DNA of 64,000 nucleotides from Nitrospinia bacterium (GTDB lineage Bacteria; Nitrospinota; Nitrospinia; JACRGO01): NCBI GenBank assembly GCA_029261755.1, contig JAJDAS010000247.1, positions 1,616 to 65,615 of the forward strand, read 5' to 3'. Shown piece by piece: positions 57,289 to 64,000 of this stretch (position 1 is its first letter; each line of letters starts with the position of its first letter). The notes under the pieces were generated by a model. It saw only the letters and a program-made list of their open reading frames with translations, ran no database searches and was not told where the DNA came from. The position numbers and the translations under genes were made by a program.

Positions 57289-59631
57289 ATGAAAACCAAA
57301 TCAATTTTCAAAACTTTGAACTTCCAATTTACCTCTTTCGCCTTTTTGGCCATCGTCCTTCCCATGCTGATTGCGCTAGGCTTAACTGGCGTCAAACTCA
57401 GGAACGATTACCGGAAAACCAAACTGGACGAATTTGCCTTTGACATAAAGACCAAGATTAACGATTCGAAAAAATTGCTTGATCTTGCTACAGGGGGTGT
57501 TCGAATGCTTGCCTTGCATTTTGAAGATGACCTGCGTTCCTTTCCGGAACAGATAGAGGGCTTGAACAAAGGTCTTCCGCATCCTGAGTTCCAGAAAGGT
57601 GATCTTTACCAAGACCTTGTAGCGGATATAAAACAGGAGTTGTCGGGAAGCGATTACTATCTTCAGGGCAGGATCATCAATGTTTCAGGACAGGAGATTG
57701 CTCGGTTGGATCGAACCGATTCAGGCCTTGTTGAAGCTCCTTTTGGCAAACTACAGGACAAATCCCACAGGGACTTTTTTAAGCATATCACGGAGGTGGA
57801 AGAAAAGAGTGTTCATGTGATGCCTGTGTCCTTGAATCGGGAACATGGAAAACTCAGCTTGCCCCACACCCCCATGATTCGAATCGGGAGAAAAATCGTG
57901 TGTGAAGATGGCACCCTTTTCGGGATAGTTGTCCTCAACGTGCACACGGATTTGATCTTTCATTTTCCAACGGAAAAAGGACGTGGTTTTTTAATTATTG
58001 ATGAGGAAGGCACCTATCTACATCACTGGAACGAAAAGCTCTTGTTTGGGAAAGACCTTGGCCACCCTTCCAATCTCCTGGCCGAAGAACCGGAACTAAG
58101 AGTCAACCTTGGAAGGCAGGATTCCAGAATTCATTATGATTCGGAGCTAAAGGAATATAGGGTCTGGGAAAAATTCTTTTATCATTATCCGGTTGACCAT
58201 TCGCGTTACTGGTTATTCATGGAAAGGCATTCCGAAGACTCCATTGTTTCTCCCTGGACGTCGATCGCACAAAAGGGGCTTTTCTCCCTTGCCGTAATCC
58301 TGGTGATGGGGTTTCTAATCTTTACCTGGTTTCTCAGGAAAAACTTGTCCCCCATGAAGGAGCTTCACAACGGAATCGAGGAATTGAAGATGGGCAATCT
58401 TATGGCCCGCGTTCCGGTAAAGTCACAAACGGAAATAGGTGAGGTAGCTGCGGCCTTTAATTCCATGGCGAAAAATATCGAGACCACCTATTGGGAAATG
58501 CGCAAGGCCATGTCTCTCACCCATGCCATAGGAAAGATTGCGCCCAACGCCCAAATTATTACCGATATGCAAGGTCTCATTATTTCCGTGAATCCCGCCA
58601 CTGGAAAGATTTTCGGATACGAAGCCAAGGAATTAGTGGGACAAAACGTGAAGATCCTCATGCCCTCGCCTCACAAGGAAAAACATGATGAATATCTCAG
58701 GAATTATTTGAAAACCGGTACAGGCAACGTAATGGGCAAAACCGTGGAAGTGGAAGGGCTAAGAAAAAATGGGCGGCGGTTTCCCATGTCGCTTTATGTG
58801 GGGGAATCAAAGGTAGTGGGTGACAGGGTCTTTATTGGGATTCTGGAAGACATCACCGATAGGAAAAAAATGGTCAATAAATTGGCCCAAGCCAATGAGG
58901 AGATAAAAGCCTTTGCCAACATTGTGTCCCATGATCTGCGCTCACCACTGGTAAACATAAAGGGTTTTTCCAGTGAACTCCAAAATGCTTGCCGCGAATT
59001 GAAGGAAATCCTTAGAAAATCTGCGAATACGCTTGAAGATGGTCCGCGCGAGCAAATGGAAGAACTGCTGAAAGATGATATCCCCGAGGCCCTGGATTTC
59101 ATTGGTTCTTCCACTTCCACCATGGAGCGACTCATCAGTCACATCCTTAACTTTTCCCGCCTCGGGAGGCGCTTACTTCAAAAAGAAAAAATAGAAACGG
59201 CCACACTCGTGGAGGAAAAGCTGAAAACCTTTCACCACCAAATTCAGTCCAGAGGAATAAAGGTAAAGACGGCGGAATTGCCTTCAGTTGTGGCCGACGA
59301 ATCGGCCTTGGAGCAGATATTCGGTAATATCCTGTCCAACGCCATCAATTACCTGGACTCGAACCGCCCGGGAACCATTGAGATATCAGGAGAAACCAAC
59401 GATCATCATACCTTGTTCCGCGTAAAAGACAACGGACGAGGAATCGCGAAGGAAGATAATCACAAGGTGTTCGAAATATTCCGAAGGGCAGGCAGGCAGG
59501 ATGTCTCTGGCGAAGGAATGGGTTTGCCTTACGTGAAAGTATTAGTGGAGCGGCATGGAGGGGAACTCTGTTTCGAATCCGAGGAAGGGGTGGGAACGAC
59601 ATTCTACTTTACGATATCGAATGAAGCCTGA
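57289..59631 (+). CDS. Sensor histidine kinase: TM-Cache-like domain-TM-HAMP-PAS-HisKA-HATPase
   Basis: 780-aa ORF. The periplasmic region has LQDKSHRDFFKH and GIVVLNVH motifs, which are PDC/Cache-like. HAMP and a PAS domain follow (IITDMQGLIISVNPATGKIFGY). The H-box is VSHDLRSPL and the HATPase boxes are NILSNAINY, DNGRGI and GEGMGL. Confidence 0.92.
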   Translation: MKTKSIFKTLNFQFTSFAFLAIVLPMLIALGLTGVKLRNDYRKTKLDEFAFDIKTKINDSKKLLDLATGGVRMLALHFEDDLRSFPEQIEGLNKGLPHPEFQKGDLYQDLVADIKQELSGSDYYLQGRIINVSGQEIARLDRTDSGLVEAPFGKLQDKSHRDFFKHITEVEEKSVHVMPVSLNREHGKLSLPHTPMIRIGRKIVCEDGTLFGIVVLNVHTDLIFHFPTEKGRGFLIIDEEGTYLHHWNEKLLFGKDLGHPSNLLAEEPELRVNLGRQDSRIHYDSELKEYRVWEKFFYHYPVDHSRYWLFMERHSEDSIVSPWTSIAQKGLFSLAVILVMGFLIFTWFLRKNLSPMKELHNGIEELKMGNLMARVPVKSQTEIGEVAAAFNSMAKNIETTYWEMRKAMSLTHAIGKIAPNAQIITDMQGLIISVNPATGKIFGYEAKELVGQNVKILMPSPHKEKHDEYLRNYLKTGTGNVMGKTVEVEGLRKNGRRFPMSLYVGESKVVGDRVFIGILEDITDRKKMVNKLAQANEEIKAFANIVSHDLRSPLVNIKGFSSELQNACRELKEILRKSANTLEDGPREQMEELLKDDIPEALDFIGSSTSTMERLISHILNFSRLGRRLLQKEKIETATLVEEKLKTFHHQIQSRGIKVKTAELPSVVADESALEQIFGNILSNAINYLDSNRPGTIEISGETNDHHTLFRVKDNGRGIAKEDNHKVFEIFRRAGRQDVSGEGMGLPYVKVLVERHGGELCFESEEGVGTTFYFTISNEA

Positions 59632-59700
59632 ATATGCGTTGCGTATTTCGGGTTTCAAGTTACCACTGCCTAACCATCAATTTTCATTAATGGAGAAAAA

Positions 59701-60144
59701 ATGGAAAATCATAAACGCATTACAATTCTTCTGGCGGAAGACGATTTGGGTCACGCCAAGCTCATCCAAAAAAATCTGAAACGGGCCGGAATCAACAATC
59801 CCATCGTTCATGTGGATGATGGGCAAAAGGCCGTGGACTTCCTTTTTGGCGAGGGGGAATATAAAGACCAGACGCACCCTACACCTCTCCTGGTTCTTCT
59901 GGATCTGAACATGCCGGTCCTGGACGGCCAACAGGTGCTGAAACGGATGAAGGAAAACGAAAAAACCCAGAGAATCCCGGTAATTATATTGACCACTACC
60001 TCCACTGCGAGAGAAGTCAAGCTCTGCTACGACCTGGGGTGTAACCTCTTTATTAGTAAACCGGTGGAATACGAAGAATTTTGCGAAGCCATAAAAAAAC
60101 TCGGCTTGCTCCTGGAAATTGTGTTGGTGCCTGATGGAGAATAA
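59701..60144 (+). CDS. Single-domain response regulator (Rcp1-like receiver)
   Basis: 147-aa ORF with ILLAEDDLGHAKLI, VLLDLNMPVLDG, ILTTT and SKP. RBS GGAG lies 5 nt upstream. Confidence 0.9.
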   Translation: MENHKRITILLAEDDLGHAKLIQKNLKRAGINNPIVHVDDGQKAVDFLFGEGEYKDQTHPTPLLVLLDLNMPVLDGQQVLKRMKENEKTQRIPVIILTTTSTAREVKLCYDLGCNLFISKPVEYEEFCEAIKKLGLLLEIVLVPDGE

Positions 60145-62023
60145 TAAAAAAATTAGCGTTATTTACATCGAAGACAATCCCGGCCACGCCCGGCTCCTTA
60201 TGAAACGTCTGGAAAAGGAGGGAGGGTTCCAGGTGGAATGGGCAAATAATCCCGATGAAGCTATAAAAAAGGTGGAAAAATACCCTTTGAGATATGACGT
60301 CATTTTATCGGATTTCAACATGCCTGGGAAGAGCGGCCTGGAAATTGTGGTGGATGTTCGATCCTGGCAAAACCCGCCGCCCATTATTATGGTTACGGCT
60401 TCAGGCTGCGAGGAAGTGGCGGTGGAGGCCATGCAAGCGGGCGCCAGCGATTACCTGGTAAAGGACGTGGATTCCCACTACCTCACTCTCCTCCCCACCG
60501 TCATTCACAACGCTATTAATAAACACAAGATAGAGAACGAAAAAAGAATAGCGGAAGAGAAGTTGAGTCGGCTGAACGCCCTCTTGAAGGCCGAGCAGGA
60601 AGCGGTTTGTTGCGGCGTGTTGGTGGTTGGCGTGGATGGGGAACTCATAAGGTACAACAAACGGTTTTTGGAAATTTGGAATATCCCGGAAAGTCTTGCA
60701 AAGGAGGGGGACGAAAAAAAACTCCTTCACCATGTGGAGCATTCTTTGAAAGACTGGAAGGAATTTATTGCATTGATTAAAGACCTTTATCAACATCCGA
60801 AGGAAGAAAGGATTGGAGACATTATTGAATTGAAGTCGGGAAAGATTTTATCCCGCAACACCCGTCCGGTCCTCCTTGAAAATGGAGAAATTATCGGCCG
60901 CCTCTGGGACTTTGAAGATATTACAAAACTTAAAAAGGGGGAGGAAGCCCTCCGCCATGCCAAAGAAAAAGCTGAAGAAGCGACGAAATTAAAAGACAAG
61001 TTCCTGTCCATAGTAGCCCATGACCTTCGAGCACCATTTACCGCGATTATAGGGAATTTGGAGATGCTGTTAAAGGACGCGGACCATCCCCTCAATGCAG
61101 GCCAAAAGGAAATCCTCGAAAGGGGTATGAAAAGCGCCAAGGCTCTGGTCAAAATGACCGATGAATTGCTGGAAGTGAGTCTCCTACAAACCCGAAATAT
61201 GACGCCTAAAGCCAGATTTATAGACGGCTATATCGCCACGGGTTTTGTTATCCAAAGCCTGGCCCCGTTAGCTGCTGAAAAGGGAGTCGAACTGGTCAAT
61301 GACGTTCCCCCAGGTACGCGACTATACGCAGATGATGATCTGTTTTCCAGGGTGATTCAAAATCTCGTATCCAACGCCATCAAGTTTTGCAATAAAGGGG
61401 ACAGCATCCGGGCATTCGGTCTTAAGGACCGCGCATCCACCATTGCTGTTCAGGATACCGGAGTTGGGATTGAAGAAGAGTATATTTCGGATATTTTCAA
61501 ATATGATGTAAAGACATCTACCCTGGGTACAGCCAAGGAGAAGGGAACGGGACTGGGTTTGCCCTTATCTTGTGAGATTATGCAGGCGCATTCCGGAACT
61601 CTTAAGGTAGACTCCCAAAAAGGGAGCGGGAGCATATTTTTTGCGGAACTGCCTTATATAAAACCTCGAATTTTACTTGTTGATGATGAAAGCACGGCGC
61701 GTTTCTTTTTCAAAAAAACTCTGGAAAAGATTGATGTGGAGGTTGTAGAAGCCAAAAACGGAGAGGAGGCATTGGCCGTTCTTGAAAAAAGCCTTATTCA
61801 TTTAATTGTCTCCGATGTCAATATGCCGATCTTGAACGGATTTCAATTGCTGGACCGGGTAAAAAAGAACGCTCGAACCAAATCCATTCCCGTCATTATG
61901 GTTACGTCTGACATAGACATGGAAACCAATGAAAAGGCAATTCGTTTAGGGGCGGACGATTTTGTTACCAAACCGTTGAAACATGATGATTTTTTACCCA
62001 GGGTGCGAAGGTTTGTGAAGTAA
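60134..62023 (+). CDS. Hybrid kinase: REC-PAS-like-HisKA-HATPase-REC
   Basis: The N-terminal receiver has VIYIEDNPGHARLL, LSDFNMPGKSG and VTAS. The H-box is VAHDLRAPF and the HATPase boxes are NLVSNAIKFC, DTGVGI and GTGLGL. The C-terminal receiver has ILLVDDE and VSDVNMPILNG. The likely start, ATG 60134, overlaps the preceding gene by 11 nt. Confidence 0.9.
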   Translation: MENNKKISVIYIEDNPGHARLLMKRLEKEGGFQVEWANNPDEAIKKVEKYPLRYDVILSDFNMPGKSGLEIVVDVRSWQNPPPIIMVTASGCEEVAVEAMQAGASDYLVKDVDSHYLTLLPTVIHNAINKHKIENEKRIAEEKLSRLNALLKAEQEAVCCGVLVVGVDGELIRYNKRFLEIWNIPESLAKEGDEKKLLHHVEHSLKDWKEFIALIKDLYQHPKEERIGDIIELKSGKILSRNTRPVLLENGEIIGRLWDFEDITKLKKGEEALRHAKEKAEEATKLKDKFLSIVAHDLRAPFTAIIGNLEMLLKDADHPLNAGQKEILERGMKSAKALVKMTDELLEVSLLQTRNMTPKARFIDGYIATGFVIQSLAPLAAEKGVELVNDVPPGTRLYADDDLFSRVIQNLVSNAIKFCNKGDSIRAFGLKDRASTIAVQDTGVGIEEEYISDIFKYDVKTSTLGTAKEKGTGLGLPLSCEIMQAHSGTLKVDSQKGSGSIFFAELPYIKPRILLVDDESTARFFFKKTLEKIDVEVVEAKNGEEALAVLEKSLIHLIVSDVNMPILNGFQLLDRVKKNARTKSIPVIMVTSDIDMETNEKAIRLGADDFVTKPLKHDDFLPRVRRFVK

Positions 62024-62396
62024 AGAGTAACTTCCCATTTTAGTTTGGTTTATTGATGCTGCAAAGGTTTCATTTAGTTGAATTAACCCCAACAGGCGTC
62101 TCTTTCTTTGACAATTTCCTTTTCATCAGAGTGAAAAAGTTATTCCAAATCTTTCCTTGCTTATCTAAAGCGGCCAAAAAGGTTTCCTGACTGAAAACCT
62201 CCACCCCCAAACTCATTAACTCAAATGCCCTCATTCTATCCTTTGCCCTTTACAAAGCACATAAGCACAAAAATGGCGACAAATGAACCACACTTAAGCC
62301 TATTTTGATTTGGCAATCTCAAAGGACAGCTTTTGACTTTTCCGTTTAAAATCATTTAAACTTAAAAGTCTTATTAAATGATCAACCAACTACCGT

Positions 62397-62471
62397 TCCG
62401 GTGTGGCGCAGTGGTAGCGCAATCGGCTGTTAACCGATGTGTCGTAGGTTCGAATCCTACCACCGGAGCCA
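62397..62471 (+). tRNA. tRNA-Asn (anticodon GUU)
   Basis: The sequence is TCCGGTGTGGCGCAGTGGTAGCGCAATCGGCTGTTAACCGATGTGTCGTAGGTTCGAATCCTACCACCGGAGCCA. The acceptor stem is TCCGGTG/CACCGGA, the D-arm is GCGC-AGTGGTA-GCGC and the anticodon loop is CTGTTAA. The T-arm is GTAGG-TTCGAAT-CCTAC, and CCA is encoded. Confidence 0.95.
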
Positions 62472-62478
62472 TAAATTC

Positions 62479-62518
62479 AAGGCTGTATGAACCAAGTGGT
62501 TCTTACAGCCTTTTTTTT
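62479..62518 (+). terminator. Rho-independent terminator after tRNA-Asn
   Basis: The 9-bp stem AAGGCTGTA...TACAGCCTT is followed by a run of Ts extending to 62518. Confidence 0.8.
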
Positions 62519-62566
62519 GCTTTTCTTTTTGGCTCCATTACCCTGAAGTTAGTTAAGAGCATTTCT

Positions 62567-62645
62567 AAAAACTCACTTTGTTAAATAAACCTACCGCTAA
62601 TTCCCCCTTAGTAAAGGGGGTTAGGGGGATGTAAAGTGAGTTTTT
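62567..62645. repeat. REP-like nested hairpin (copy 2 of the element at 8785-8845)
   Basis: The outer 13-bp perfect stem is AAAAACTCACTTT (62567-62579) / AAAGTGAGTTTTT (62633-62645). It encloses the inner hairpin CCCCCTT-AGTA-AAGGGGG (62603-62620). Confidence 0.7.
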
Positions 62646-62736
62646 GGAAGTGCCCTTAATAAAAAAATGAAGTTCATGAATGTATATGCTATTATATTGG
62701 ACTCGTTACCCCAAATCCTAACAGGAGATTATAGAA

Positions 62737-64000
62737 ATGGAAACTTTGGCGAACACTTGGGTGGGATATGCCTGCCTCATCTCTTTTGCACTTGCCTATT
62801 CCCTGGTAATTTTCGAGGAGAAAATTCACCTTCGCAAATCGAAGCCGGTGGTACTGATCGGCTGCCTTATGTGGATGGTCATCGGAATCTATGAAGCGTC
62901 TCACGGTGGTGGGAGTGGACATCATGCGGAACAAGAGGTAAAACACTTGATCACTGAGATTGGAGAGCTGTTTTTCTTCTTGCTGGTGGCCATGACTTAC
63001 ATCAATGCACTGGAAGAAAGAGAGGTGTTTTCTGCTTTGAGGAGCTGGTTATTGCAAAAAGGTTTGGGATTCCGTGCCCTTTTCTGGGTTACCGGAGTCA
63101 TTACCTTCTTCCTTTCTCCATTGGCCGACAACCTCACCAGCGCCTTGCTTATGGCAACGGTGGCCGAAAAGGTGAGCGGGGGCGATCGCCGCTTCATCAT
63201 CCCCGCCTTTGTCAACATCGTAGTGGCGGCAAACGCCGGGGGCGCCTGGTCTCCCTTTGGAGACATCACCACGCTCATGGTCTGGACTGCCGGTAAGGTC
63301 CCAACGTTGGAATTCTCCGCTCTGATTCTCCCTTCTCTTGTAAACTGGTTAATTCCGGCCACCATTATGTTCTTTTTTATTCCTAAAGGTGTCCCGGAAG
63401 GCTCTACGGAAAGTATTCCCATGAAAGAAGGGGCAGGGGCAATCATTTTTCTCGGCGTTTTAACCGTTGCCACCGCCGTGAGCTTTCATCAGTTTCTCCA
63501 CCTTCCACCCTTTCTTGGCATGATGCTGGGACTGAGCTTTTTGATGTTCCTTGCCTACTTCCTGAAAATCAGGGACCAGTATAGTGGCCTTCCCGCCGAA
63601 GAACGATTCGACATCCTGAAAAAGGTCCAGAATGTAGAATTCGACACCCTCCTATTCTTTTTCGGGGTGATCACTGCGGTTGGCGCACTGCAATATCTAG
63701 GGTACCTGGCCCTGCTGAGCCAAACCATGTATGGCGGGATGGGCTATACGGGGGGCAATATCCTGGTGGGACTCCTGTCCGCGCTTTTGGACAACATACC
63801 CGTAATGTTTGCCGTGCTAAAAATGGACCCCAGCATGGGTTTGGACCAATGGCTTTTGGTAACTCTCACCGCCGGGGTTGGAGGAAGCCTGCTTTCCGTG
63901 GGTTCCGCTGCCGGGGTGGCTGTTATGGGGGTACGCAGGGATATCTACACCTTCATGGCCCATCTCAAATGGATGCCGGTGATAGCCTTGGGTTACGCCG
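62737..64000 (+). CDS. nhaD: NhaD-type Na+/H+ antiporter (ArsB/NhaD permease superfamily), 3' end beyond the window
   Basis: This gene is not in the ORF track because no stop occurs before the window edge. My own translation runs from ATG 62737 (RBS AGGAG at 62723-62727): METLANTWVGYACLISFALAYSLVIFEEKIHLRKSKPVVL...FFLSPLADNLTSALLMATV...AANAGGAWSPFGDITTLMVW...LLSALLDNIPVMFAVL. It has many hydrophobic segments. The listed antisense ORF 62997-63473 is spurious. Confidence 0.85.
   Translation, partial: METLANTWVGYACLISFALAYSLVIFEEKIHLRKSKPVVLIGCLMWMVIGIYEASHGGGSGHHAEQEVKHLITEIGELFFFLLVAMTYINALEEREVFSALRSWLLQKGLGFRALFWVTGVITFFLSPLADNLTSALLMATVAEKVSGGDRRFIIPAFVNIVVAANAGGAWSPFGDITTLMVWTAGKVPTLEFSALILPSLVNWLIPATIMFFFIPKGVPEGSTESIPMKEGAGAIIFLGVLTVATAVSFHQFLHLPPFLGMMLGLSFLMFLAYFLKIRDQYSGLPAEERFDILKKVQNVEFDTLLFFFGVITAVGALQYLGYLALLSQTMYGGMGYTGGNILVGLLSALLDNIPVMFAVLKMDPSMGLDQWLLVTLTAGVGGSLLSVGSAAGVAVMGVRRDIYTFMAHLKWMPVIALGYA

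Noticed and set aside
62997-63473. A 158-aa minus-strand ORF.
   Set aside because: It lies antisense within the plus-strand NhaD-type antiporter gene, which starts at 62737 and has clear membrane-protein motifs.

Overview
This is a 64-kb bacterial chromosomal window with compact coding on both strands and moderate GC. I cannot assign a lineage without a database search. All calls come from reading the supplied ORF translations and the DNA by eye. No homology search, folding or statistics was run.

Housekeeping genes present are uvrA, murJ, maf, guaA, ilvE, purC, panD, ndk, pyrB, nadD-rsfS-dksA-like, tRNA-Leu(CAG), tRNA-Asn(GUU), and a 3'-truncated nhaD-type antiporter that is missing from the ORF track. 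These are interleaved with an unusually dense set of signal-transduction genes:
- A partial che cluster at 13.5-18.1 kb (cheA, REC, cheD, cheB).
- A REC-GGDEF plus a single-domain Hpt at 27.4-28.8 kb.
- A PAS kinase and sigma-54 activator pair at 36.8-40.5 kb.
- A co-directional run of about 21.5 kb (40.9-62.0 kb). In gene order it contains a Cys-rich REC, a REC-GAF-PAS-HK, a pseudo-receiver-PilZ protein, three MCPs (one PilJ-type, one with a CxxCH heme-c sensor), CheW and a CheA-2xCheW-REC. These are followed by a block of three large kinases and two single-domain receivers.

My best candidate for an undescribed system is this sigma-54-gated chemosensory operon. It lacks CheR and CheB and is coupled to c-di-GMP (PilZ), heme and Cys-cluster modules.

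Other points worth a second look:
- Intergenic palindromes built from locus-specific short words repeated at a 7-10-nt period.
- Two inverted copies of a three-hairpin element with a covarying inner stem (53.19-53.43 kb).
- A homopolymer frameshift splitting nadD.
- An AT-rich class II Fic gene behind a 70-bp tandem repeat.
- A 5'-truncated kinase paralog beside an AAA-ATPase gene and tRNA-Leu.
- A hypothetical protein with an internal domain duplication next to a tyrosine recombinase.
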